In this document: positions 11,180 through 21,626 of the stretch, piece after piece
Numbering within the stretch: position 1 is the first letter of the stretch
How the letters are laid out: the number at the start of each line of letters is the position of its first letter
From: Macrostomum lignano
Taxonomy: Eukaryota
Assembly (NCBI GenBank): GCA_002269645.1
Contig: NIVC01005071.1
Location: 1 to 27,024, forward strand
Length of the DNA: 27,024 nt
Reading direction: 5' to 3'
Position numbers and translations under genes: made by a program
The notes under the pieces: generated by a model
Database searches by the model: none
Told to the model about the DNA's origin: nothing
The model's input: only the letters and a program-made list of their open reading frames with translations

Positions 11180-12535
11180 CTAGCCCCATATCCCCAATCC
11201 CATTATCCTCAACCCCATATCCTCAATCCCATTATCCTCAACCCCATATCCTCAATCCCATATCCTCAACCCCATATCCTCAATCCCATTATCCTCAACC
11301 CCATATCCTCAATCCCATTATCCTCAACCCCATATCCTCAATCCCATTATCCTCAACCCCATATCATCAATCCCATATCCTCAACCCCATATCCTCAACC
11401 CCATATCCTCAACCCCATATCCTCAATCCCATATCCTCAACCCCATATCCTCAATCCCATATCCTCAACCCCATATCCTCAACCCCATATCCTCAATCCC
11501 ATTATCCTCAACCCCATATCCTCAATCCCATATCCTTAACCCCATATCATCAATCCCATATCCTCAACCCCATATCCTCAACCCCATTATCCTCAACCCC
11601 ATATCCTCAACCCCATATCCTCAATCCCATATCCTCAACCCCATATCCTCAATCCCATATCCTCAACCCCATATCCTCAATCCCATATCCTCAATCCCAT
11701 ATCCTCAATCCCATATCCTTAATCCGATATACTCTATCCCATATCCTCAACCCCATATCCTCAATCCCATATCCTCAACCCCATATCCTCAATCCCATAT
11801 CCTCAATCCCATTATCCTCAACCCCATATCCTTAATCCGATATACTCTATCCCATATCCTCAACCCCATATCCTCAACCCCATATCCTTAATCCGATATA
11901 CTCTATCCCATATCCTCAACCCCATATCCTCAACCCCATATCCTCAACCCCATATCCTCAATCCCATATCCTCAACCCCATATCCTCAATCCCATATCCT
12001 CAACCCCATATCCTCAATCCCATATCCTCAATCCCATTATCCTCAACCCCATATCCTTAATCCGATATCCTCTATCCCATATCCTCAACCCCATATACCC
12101 AACCCCATATCCTCAATCCCATATCCTCAACCCCATATCCTCAATCCCATATCCACAACCCCATATCCTCAATCCCATATCCTCAATCCCATTATCCTCA
12201 ACCCCATATCCTTAATCCGATATCCTCTATCCCATATCCTCAACCCCATATACCCAACCCCATATCCTCAATCCCATATCCTCAACCCCATATCCTCAAC
12301 CCCATATCCCCAATCCCATATCCTCAATCCTATTATCCTCAATCCCACATCCGCAATCCTATTATCCTCAATCCCACATCCGCAATCCTATTATCCTCAA
12401 TCCCACATCCGCAATCCTATTATTCCCAATCCCACATCCGCAATCCTATTATTCCCAATCCCACATCCGCAATCCTATTATTCCCAATCCCACATCCGCA
12501 ATCCTATTATTCTCAATCCCACATCCGCAATCCTA
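11180..12535. repeat. 14/15-bp minisatellite (ATCCTCAACCCCAT / ATCCTCAATCCCAT) ending in a 29-bp dimeric unit (~12336-12535)
   Basis: Periodicity read directly. The 138-aa ORF at 11123-11539 is just its translation. Confidence 0.96.
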
Positions 12536-12640
12536 TACATGTACTTTCTGTAACCTCAAATCCTCAATACTAAGCGCTATCCTGGATCCATACCTTCATC
12601 CCTGACTCTTACATGTATATCTCATATCATCCCGGTGTGC

Positions 12641-13618
12641 TCAACGAGCCCAGACTGTCAGGTACTCTGCAGCCTCAGCCGACTCGCCGCTCCATTTGTA
12701 GTTAGGGTCTCCTCCGTTATTAAAAATAATCCAAGGCGGCTGACCAGGTAAGCTGTTAAGCCAGTCGCAGTTGTAAGCTCGAGAATCGTATGCAAACAAC
12801 AGCCCCCGTGATTTGTCACAGCCATCGGAGATGAAGTTTATGAAGAATCTTAAATCGTAACTATCATGGCCTTTAATGCTGAATATATCAAACGACCGGT
12901 TGCTCAGGTCGGGCACGGGCCAGCTGTAGACGAGGTGGCTCCAGTGGAACCAGTTCTCCCTGTCGATGGAGTCGCCCAGACCGGAGATGTCGAACACCAG
13001 CTTCACCGCCACCTCCCCACCAGGCCTGTACACGCACACAATGAGCTGCTTGAAGGCCAGGGCTCGCAGCAGACTCGGCATTCTGTCCAGCAGGCCGGAC
13101 CTGAAGCTGTCCGGCAGCAGAGGGGAATCCATCGACTGCAGCAGCAGCCGCTCGCTGCTGGACGCCGCATCGCCGCCTGCGAAAAGCTTCCACGACTTCA
13201 CTCCGCTGCCGGCCTTGATTGAGAACACAAGGAACGCCTTTGAGTCAGCTGACCTCACCAGAACAAGCACGGGAGTCGGTCGCCGAGCTGATTCCGACTT
13301 GTTGATCAGCTTGAAGCGCTGGCACGAAGCAGAGACGATGCGGCACTCGCTGATGGAGTTGTGGTTTGGTGAGCTCATCATGACGAGTGCAGCTGGAGCA
13401 GCTGTGGCATTCTGGCTGGCAATGAGTGCACAGGTGAGTGGGCTTGAGGTGGCCACCGTGACAGAGTCGCCTGCTTCATCAGCTGTGCTGCTGGATTCGC
13501 TGCAGTCCGGCTGCAGGCTGTAATTTTGGTAGCGACGGAGACCGCCGGTGCACTGCTGCGTCTGGCCCGAGGCTGAGCAAGGGCTGCTCAGAAGAGATGC
13601 GAGCAGTAGAATTGGCAT
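12641..13618 (-). CDS. Intronless putative secreted protein of unknown function, 325 aa (signal peptide, Cys-containing N-domain, aromatic-rich C-domain)
   Basis: Long, non-repetitive, GC-rich ORF between AT-rich/repeat DNA. Leader MPILLLASLLSSPCSA. The C-terminal motif series LVFD..NWF..FSIKG..RFFIN..GC..CDW..PWIIF resembles, from memory, an unnamed domain of marine-invertebrate proteins; not verified. Confidence 0.8.
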   Translation of the reverse strand: MPILLLASLLSSPCSASGQTQQCTGGLRRYQNYSLQPDCSESSSTADEAGDSVTVATSSPLTCALIASQNATAAPAALVMMSSPNHNSISECRIVSASCQRFKLINKSESARRPTPVLVLVRSADSKAFLVFSIKAGSGVKSWKLFAGGDAASSSERLLLQSMDSPLLPDSFRSGLLDRMPSLLRALAFKQLIVCVYRPGGEVAVKLVFDISGLGDSIDRENWFHWSHLVYSWPVPDLSNRSFDIFSIKGHDSYDLRFFINFISDGCDKSRGLLFAYDSRAYNCDWLNSLPGQPPWIIFNNGGDPNYKWSGESAEAAEYLTVWAR

Positions 13619-13761
13619 GTTTCTCAGGTCTGTCTCCTAGAGCTCGAAATTAGCAGTAGGCCTGATATTGTAGAAACCCTTCCTTTAAGGCGCTTTCTGG
13701 CAGGTGTCTTAGCTACCGGCAACTCTTTTATCTACACTCATGCAGGTTAAAATGGGAATGC

Positions 13762-13783
13762 TTTTAAATTTATAAATTTAAAA
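13762..13783 (-). promoter_or_regulatory. Candidate TATA box of the secreted-protein gene inside a perfect 22-bp AT palindrome
   Basis: TTTTAAATTTATAAATTTAAAA is its own reverse complement and gives TATAAA on both strands, ~155 nt upstream of the minus-strand ATG. Confidence 0.35.
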
Positions 13784-14165
13784 TGTATACAGTGTTGGAA
13801 CTGGCTCTACAGGCTTGGAAGTTGCTACCCTGCAGTTTCCAATTCCCAGAATAGCCACGCCAATTACAAAACGCGAAGTCAACTGTTTTATTGACTCAAT
13901 TTACCAAAACGCACGTGTGCAGAGCATTAAATGTGTAAACAAAATCCCATTTAAACACCAAACATGGTCATGCAACGGATGCCTATGCTCTTGACTTAGC
14001 TGCAGGGGGCGTCCGGCCGATGCAGCGATCAGGCGGAGGAGACCGCCCATTTTGCTAGCCCCTGGCGACCCAACGGATGAGTTTACTGTGTCTGAATTAT
14101 CAAGTCAGCAACGCGCGTGCCAACTAAACAGCTACATGGTATAGTAACACCAGTTCCACTAGCTA

Positions 14166-14327
14166 TACATGTATAATGTACATCTGCATGTACACATGTA
14201 CATCTGCATGTACACATGTACATCTGCATGTACACATGTACATCTGCATGTACACATGTACATGTAAAATGCATGTACATGTATATCCACAGCAACCCAC
14301 AAAGCCCCCAATTGACACGTACATGTA
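14166..14327. repeat. Short 20-bp tandem repeat (TACACATGTACATCTGCATG) with TACATGTA palindromes
   Basis: About 4 exact periods at 14178-14266, plus flanking TACATGTA copies. Confidence 0.9.
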
Positions 14328-14364
14328 CAACCACTAAAAACGTCACACCCCAAGATTACTTGCA

Positions 14365-14655
14365 CGCCACACCGAAAACACGCCACCCAAAAACAGGCCA
14401 CCCCAAAACACGCCACCCCAAAACACGCCATCCCCAAAACACGCCACCCCAAAAACAGGCCACCCCCAAAACACGCCACCCCAAAACACGCCACCCCAAA
14501 AACAGGCCACCCCAAAACACGCCACCCCAAAACACGCCACCCCAAAACACGCCATCCCCAAAACACGCCACCCCAAAAACAGGCCACCCCAAAAACACGT
14601 CACGCCACCAACCAAAACACGCCACCCCCAAAACACGACCGCCCCAAAACGACAG
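14365..14655. repeat. 15/16-bp minisatellite (CCCCAAAACACGCCA / CCCCAAAAACAGGCCA), G4-tract-rich on the minus strand
   Basis: Periodicity read directly. Source of the 14159-14799 ORFs. Confidence 0.93.
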
Positions 14656-14669
14656 GCAGACGCCAAAAA

Positions 14670-17600
14670 CAATTGGAATACGATTTATTATTATTTTATT
14701 AAATCGACAATACCGAAGGTCAAAAAACCTAAGACGATAAAAACAAACTTCGGATTTCTGTGTAACAAACAATAGACATTTTAATATTGGTTTTATCAAA
14801 CAAACAATAATATATATTTAATGAAAAATAGCATATAAAGATTAGTAAATTGTTAGTATAGCAATAAAAATTGAATAACCATCATAACGTGACTGCATGA
14901 TCTTGCTGATAGTTAAAAATCATTTTACTTTCACTTTTATATAAATCATATTGATTTTGGTGCGAAAAATGAAAAGAAGAAACACAGTTATAAAGGATAG
15001 AACCATAGACAAAGAACTTCAATTCCAGTAAACAACATAGCTTGAATATCTTGGTAACTGCAGTATAAAACAAAAAAATGAATTTTTTTCTCCAGTACTA
15101 AAAGCTGAACGCAGCAGTTGCAGAAAAAGATATGGATTGAATAAGAAACTATATTTACTTTTCTCTTACAAATTAATATTAACAGTAGTTATTTACCCAG
15201 GACCATGTAAAATAATGTTTGCGCTATTACACGGAACCGTACATATATTATAATATACGCTCGTACATGTAAAGTATTGTAGCAAAATAGCATATAGTAT
15301 ACTAATTAAAGAAGAGTATAGCTGTATAATACTATATATAAAGTACAGTAATTGTATATTAATAGTAAAAAGTAATAATTTAAGCATTAATAAATACTAG
15401 AGGTATTTAGTATTTGTTTAAAGTTCGTGACATTAGCGCAAATTTGTTTTACACGATCACACGTGCATGTAAATAACGGTGGCCTAACATTATTGCTAGC
15501 ACCTTGCGCTAAACAAGTGCAATTCTTAGGCATGTTCGTAATATTTTAACTCACAAGCGATTACAATTGTTTTATAGAGGTTCCATAGTTTCTTTTTTCC
15601 TGAAAAACTATCGATATATTCTGCCTCTATAGCGATGGCGTCTATTACTGCAAGATTAATGAAGACAATTTAGTGATAGAAAGAGTCGCCTAATTAGGAG
15701 TCAAGAATATTTTCAAGCTTTAAGAAAAGACTGCGTGTAAAATGTACCAATTAGAGTAGTATAAAAAAGCATAAAATTCCAAAACCATTAGAAGATTATA
15801 GCATAATAGGGTTCGTATATATAAATATGCTGATTGGCAAACACGAAACGAATAAAACTACAATAAACAGTGTATAAAATAGTGCTCAAAGGAGACGTGA
15901 TTATTGTTAAACTGATAGCTGAAAAAAGAATCGCCCGCTATTCCTGGAACAATAAAAACAAAATTAACAAAAAGGATCAAATACGCAGAGTTAAGCTATT
16001 GCAAGTAAAATCGTATAAAAACAAAAGGATATCAAAAGCCAGACGAGATCGAGACACAGATGATGCACTGATTAAAAATTCATATTTGACAATACCAAAA
16101 GAGACTTTTTTTTAAATCGGAGCGGATAAAACAAATCCAGTCAGCTGGACTAGGCGCGCAAAAAAAGTGATTGAATAACGGAAGAAACCAAACCAAACCA
16201 TCATATTCGCAGTTTTAAAATCCGTAAACAAAATTTACAGAACTTTTTTTAAAAAAGCAACACGTCGCACAAAAACAAAAAGACAATAGAAAACGTGACT
16301 TGCAGCTTTAGTAAGAGTTTTATAATTAAAACAAAAAATGAGCACAAAAGAAAAGCTTTATTGCAGGATATATATGTTAGCGAAATCCGACACCAAATAT
16401 AAAACCAGCAGCAAAAATTGCTAATATTTTTATGCATATTTTTAATATATATTTCTAGAAAACAACATATTTTGTGAATAATTTGTGTATATAATACAAA
16501 AAGATAGTTCAAGGAAACATGGATAATAGCGACGCTTACAGAATAGCCATAGGGTCAAATACATAAACACAGATATAGAAAATAAATAAGCAGCAATACC
16601 AATTCACCATCTTTATGAAAAGAAGTTGTACCTCAGTTTAAAATTATCGTGGTTAAGATATCGGTCCATCACAAAAAATAATGCATATATTGTATAGCAA
16701 AGGGAAAATTCATAAACAATTTGTAAGGAGACTTAGTAACAACCACGAAATACCAGTTTGACTAGATTTTATTTATCACAGAAACTACTAAAAAGAGAAA
16801 GTCAACCTTGCCAATTTTGGTTAAAATACGCAGGATATGGTTACTAGCAGTAGTAAAACACAATTTACAATAAATAATGCATGCAGATATAAATAGATAG
16901 AAAGAGTCAGAAAAACAACCCACAAAATAAGCAAAAGTAGCTATTTCAAAATAAGCATATTTCAAATTGATAGTGAAAGTGAAAAGTCCACACCAAAGTA
17001 TAGTGTGCGTGAAAGAAATATAAAAACGGGAAAATTGCTTAACACGCTACTGAAATTGTGTATGCAGTAATATTGACAGACCATATAAAGAAAATTGATT
17101 TAAATATAATCTTTCCGGTACGTACGCGCTATTTCCTCCAGAGATTTAAAATGCAATACATGAGCTGTCATGATATTTTTACTAAGATGTTGGATCGATA
17201 ATCCGAATTAGAAAAACAATTAAAAAATTACCAAATTGCTTTTTAATATGTGCGCTTAGGCACGTGAATTAAGAAATAATTTAGGCGCGTTTAAACAAAA
17301 ATCACAAAACAACAAAATGCGTTTTGCTTTGAAACATCTGCTTAAAGAAAACGAACAATATCATAAATATCCTTAATTTTTTTCAAAAGCTCATTCATTC
17401 TGAGTCTGATCACACTAATAAACATTTTGGAAAGCTTCGGTAACATTTATATCGCTTTTTGGTCATAAACAACAGACTTAAGATCGAGTTAAAGTTAAAA
17501 GACGCTTAAAAAGGCCATGAATAGTAAAAATATTACATGTCCGTGTGCAGAATAAATAATCTCTTAAACTTAAAAAAATCTATGGTTACTATGCTAGCAT

Positions 17601-18462
17601 GCAAGAATGATTGCATGCTTTTGCCACTGAAAATCTGTGAATCAGCCTCTTGAAATGGTAGCTACGTAGAAAAAATGTTTAACTAACTAAAATTTAAATA
17701 GTAAAAACGTCATCTTTAATCGTTTCAAATAAGAATATTGCTTTTTTTACACAATAGAAACCCAAGCAAAGCCGAATAATTTAAAAGTGACATTATCGAC
17801 TGCGTGATTGCGATAAAAGTCTTTATTAAGCCACGTGATCAAACTTTTTGATGTGTTCAATGTTCAAAAATAGACTAGCTTTGAGTTTGAGCCACATCAA
17901 ACTTTAACTATACGTAAACTGCGTTCGAGCTGCTTACTGCTTCAAACGTTTCGACGTTTTCAAGTATTTCACGTTTAGACGTATCAAAACGTTTAAAATT
18001 ATGGTATAACAGTTAATATATCAGGACTAAATCAAAGTATCACATTAACACGTGCAAATATTCGCACAGATTTAACTTTCGCTAACTATTTATTACCTTT
18101 AGTCATTTTAACTACTTGTCTGCTTGAATCCAATACTTCTAGTTAATATTTGGTGCTGTCTACTAGTAACTAATCGGTCCTGCTATTAAAACTCTTCTTT
18201 TCGATTTATTTTATTAAAAAAATGTTGTGACTCACGTGACTCTTGTTTTCTTAATCTTCAATCGCGCGCTAATTCTTAAACTCGCAACGCAACTCTGGAA
18301 TGTCGTCGGCAAACATCAAACACATGAAGCGATAATATATTAATGATAAATAATACAGCAGATGAACCTACCTACACCGCACAAACCCCTGTAGATAACT
18401 AAAAACACGCGCACACATAAAAAGGAGCCGCCACCAATTATTATAAATTAGGCATGTGTACA
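14670..18462 (-). other. Probable long 3'UTR of CPEB (~3.8 kb)
   Basis: AT-rich, strongly A>T on + (U-rich on the sense strand), and free of tandem arrays unlike the introns and spacers. Lies between the CPEB stop and the tandem AATAAA. More proximal AATAAA sites exist (+ TTTATT at 18204, 17822, 16768, 16357). Confidence 0.55.
14684..14700 (-). terminator. Tandem poly(A) signals, candidate distal 3' end of the CPEB mRNA
   Basis: The minus strand reads AATAAA (14700-14695) and AATAAA (14689-14684), then ...TTCCA and a U/GU-rich element TTGTTTTTGGCGT. Confidence 0.5.
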
Positions 18463-18990
18463 TCACCACCTGAACGGCACAGTCCGGGGCCTATCCGCCC
18501 CTTCTTTAACCAGCGGCTTGTGGAACTGCCGCCCCGAGGCCGGATCGTGGATGACACCCCAGCAGTGGTCGCAGTAGTACTGCAGGCAGGTCACATTGGC
18601 GCAGAAAAATGGCGCAAATTTGCCGCCGCTCATGGCGCCGCCGCACTCGTCGCACATTTGATCGTCCAACACGTAGGGCTTCACTTCCACTCGTTTGTCA
18701 ATGTCGGCGCCATGTCGAAGCTGTACAAACCTGGCGCTGATTGCGGCGATGTAGCTCTGCTGGCTGCTGAAGGCTACCCGACCGGCGCCTTTGGGGTACT
18801 TGAGCTCCGGGTCAGTGTCGATGCCGGCGTAGCAGACCCCGCCGTAGAGGCTGTTCATGATGTTGGCCAGCTCACAGGCGCGCAACGGTCTTGGCACGCC
18901 GCCAACGAATATTGTTTTGCGCGGATCCAACGGCTGGCTGGCGTCCAATACGAAGTCTGATTCGCTTAGTCGCCAAGGACGGATTTGCAC
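18463..18990 (-). CDS. cpeb: CPEB2/3/4 (Orb2-type) last coding exon: RRM2 and ZZ zinc-binding domain
   Basis: VQIRPW..DPRKTIFVGGVPRPL..YAGIDTDPELKYPKGAGRVAF..RVEVKPYVLDDQMCDEC..PFFCANVTCLQYYCDHCW..IH..FHKPLVKEG..FRW*, near-identical to the CPEB2-4/Orb2 C-terminus with all 6 Cys + 2 His ligands. Acceptor TTCAAG|18990, phase 0. Confidence 0.98.
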   Translation of the reverse strand: MQIRPWRLSESDFVLDASQPLDPRKTIFVGGVPRPLRACELANIMNSLYGGVCYAGIDTDPELKYPKGAGRVAFSSQQSYIAAISARFVQLRHGADIDKRVEVKPYVLDDQMCDECGGAMSGGKFAPFFCANVTCLQYYCDHCWGVIHDPASGRQFHKPLVKEGADRPRTVPFRW

Positions 18991-19034
18991 CTTGAAGAGT
19001 GACGGGATTGTCATATTCATTTATTTATCGATGG

Positions 19035-19670
19035 AAGCCACGCGACTTAGGATCTAGTTTGCTCAATTTTAGTCACGTGACTCAAGCTTTAGTTTGCTTG
19101 CTTTCAATCACGTGACATCGAGTTCGCTTGCTCAATTTTAGTCACGTGATTTGATTTATGTTTTAAAAATTTTGTCACGCGACTTTGATTTTTGTTTGTT
19201 CTAATTTAGTCACGTGAATTTGATTTTCCTAGATCAATTTTAATCACGTCACTTTGATTTTGTTTGCTTAATTTCATTTCATGTGACTTTGATTTTGTTT
19301 GCTCAATTTTTGTCAAGTGAACTTCATTTTTGCTTGCTCTAATTTAGTCACGTGACTCAGATTTGTTTGCTCAATTTTAGTCACGTGATTTGGATTTATT
19401 TGCTCAATTTGATCACGTGACACTAGCGAATTTGATTTTGTTTGCCCGGTTTTCAGTCACGTGACCTAGGTTTATTTGCTCAATGTGAGTCACGTGACTT
19501 TGGTTTTTGCTTGATTTCAGTCAAGTGACTGATTTAGTTTGCTCAATTTTAGTCACGTGGCAATGAAATTTTACGGTTTTTATTAGGGAAGTTTACTTAT
19601 AGAAAATTAACTTGTTTATCAAATTCAATCACGTGATTCCAATATTTCGCTTCTAGTCATCACGTGATTT
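19035..19670. repeat. Degenerate ~34-bp array with palindromic E-box core (approx. TTTGATTTTGTTTGCTCAATTTTAGTCACGTGAC) in the last CPEB intron
   Basis: 12 perfect CACGTG and 5 one-mismatch cores, mostly 31-35 bp apart. Confidence 0.9.
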
Positions 19671-20734
19671 TATTTCGTAAGACTCGACGACCCTGAAACC
19701 ATAGGCTAGTCTCGGGATTTCAGCGCCATAATAATATCATCCATCTTGAAAATAACCTGTTGCCAGACACTCGGAAGATCAAAGAGAAAGAAACCTAATG
19801 CGCTGAGGAGATATGTGCGCAGGCGAAAATGAGTGGATATTTGAAGTGGGAGAACTAGACTAGAAGAGCAGAGACACATCAAGCCGCAGAAGCCTAAAGA
19901 AAGCCAGACAAAGAGAGAGAGAGGAAGCGACAAGATGATCTGCGGCTCTGCCACACTGCAAGAGCAGCTGATAAAAGAAAAGTGTCGACGCCAAAAAATT
20001 GTCGCCTAAAAAGCCGGGAGGCAACAGAGGATCAGGAGCAGTGGGATTAGTGAGGTGCTAATTAAGCGGATGTCGAGACTGCAAGAGTCTTAAGAGTGTT
20101 TAAATTCGAAAAAGAATGGCTAATTATTTTTATTTTACTATACAAGCTTCTTGACGTTAAATGACCTTCGTTTAGCAAACAGTCCCCACGGAATGTCTAT
20201 ATGTATTTCGAACCTCAACTATAAGACGGTCCTATACCTGACCTTATGACCTCAGATGACCTAAACGCTTATAAACTATATCCAAGGTAACGCAAGAAGC
20301 CAGTTACAAAACTGTAAATCCTAACCAAATATTTAAGGCAAAATGATCAATCAATCATCGGTCTAGGTCCGTCCATCCAGGTTAGTCATGCAGTCAGTCA
20401 AATGGGGATAGAAGTACACAGAGACACACAGACACACACACACCACTCATGGAAATTTGCTCTGTCAACAAAGCCAGAAAAAAAGCACACAAAAGACTAA
20501 CCATGGCCGAAGCCTAACTTCAACTCAAAGAGGACTGCGGTGAATCGAGCAATGTTGATAATAAAGCAGACTGCCAGCAGACTACACAGAGCATGCAGGG
20601 ACATTGCCCACAGTGATAATATATATAATGCGCCATTTGTAACTTTATGTATGCTAAGCATTCACTAGTGTTTAAGTGAAAAGGGGCTTTAAATGAATCT
20701 TTGTTCGAACTTAATTTTCATCTATATCCATTAG

Positions 20735-21345
20735 GATATCTCTCTTCTTCCCCATCTCTCTGAGTTCTCTTCTCCCACATCTCTATGAGTTCTCTTCTCC
20801 CACATCTCTATGAGATCTCTTCGCACCCCATCTCTCTAAGATCTCTCTTCTCCCCATCTGTATGAGATCTCTTCTTCCCCATCTTCTCTGTGAGATCTCT
20901 CTTCCGCCCAATATTCTCTGAGATCTCTCTTCTCCCACATCTCTATGAGTTCTCTTCTCCCACATCTCTATGAGTTCTCTTCTCCCACATCTCTATGAGT
21001 TCTCTTCTCCCACATCTCTATGAGTTCTCTTCTCCCACATCTCTATGAGATCTCTCTTCTCCCAATCTCTATGAGATCTCTTCGCACTCCATCTCTCTGA
21101 GATCTCTCTTCTCCCACATCTCTATGAGTTCTCTTCGCACCCCATCTCTCTGAGATCTCTCTTTGCACCCCATCTCTCTGAGATCTCTCTTCTCCCCATC
21201 TGTATGAGATCTCTTCTTCCCCATCTTCTCTGTGAGATCTCTCTTCCGCCCAATATTCTCTATGAGATCTCTCTTCTGCCCACATCTTCTCAGTAAGATC
21301 TCTTCTCTCGTATCTTTTATCTTCTCTCTGATGTATTTTTCTCTC
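20735..21345. repeat. ~25-bp CT-rich minisatellite (CTCTATGAGTTCTCTTCTCCCACAT and GAGATCTC variants) in CPEB intron 18991-21507
   Basis: 25-bp period at 20941-21050. A ~100-bp block at ~20822-20920 recurs at ~21166-21262. Confidence 0.9.
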
Positions 21346-21507
21346 ATTCTATCCTCTAGAACCGCTAGTAATTTCCAGGTTCTGTCTATTTAACTAGGTC
21401 AGTTCCCCAAGTAAATAAGCAGCGAAACGACATCGCGCAAAAGTACCGCTCATACTTAAAGCAGACCCCAGCATCATGCGGGCGTCATCGCGCGCACTTC
21501 AGCTTAC

Positions 21508-21626
21508 CGGCTTATCCTTCATGGTGGGCGAGGACACGCACCAGTAGTGCCGCTCCCCGTCACTGATGCAGGCCTCCATCAGACTCTGCACGCTCGACTC
21601 GTCTTGGAACAGGATGAAGCAGTAGC
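21508..21626 (-). CDS. cpeb: CPEB internal exon (119 nt), second half of RRM1
   Basis: CCAG|GC TAC: (G)[39 protein letters not shown]|GTAAGC. Matches CPEB GYAFLLFQ.E.SV...SSPT.KDKP; phases fit both neighbouring exons. Confidence 0.96.

Noticed and set aside
11123-11539. 138-aa P/I/N-rich ORF
   Set aside because: Translation of the 14/15-bp array.
12866-13523. Overlapping 118-, 101- and 185-aa ORFs
   Set aside because: Shadow frames of the GC-rich 325-aa CDS, with no independent protein features.
14083-14799. Several ORFs, and TTTTGGGG motifs resembling ciliate telomere repeats
   Set aside because: The ORFs are repeat translations. The T4G4 motif is embedded in a 15/16-bp interstitial unit and is not a telomeric tract.
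18454-19057. Plus-strand 168- and 66-aa ORFs; MNMTIPSLFK N-terminus of the 185-aa ORF
   Set aside because: The plus ORFs are antisense shadows of the CPEB exon. The first 10 residues are intronic, since homology continues in the 21508-21626 exon.
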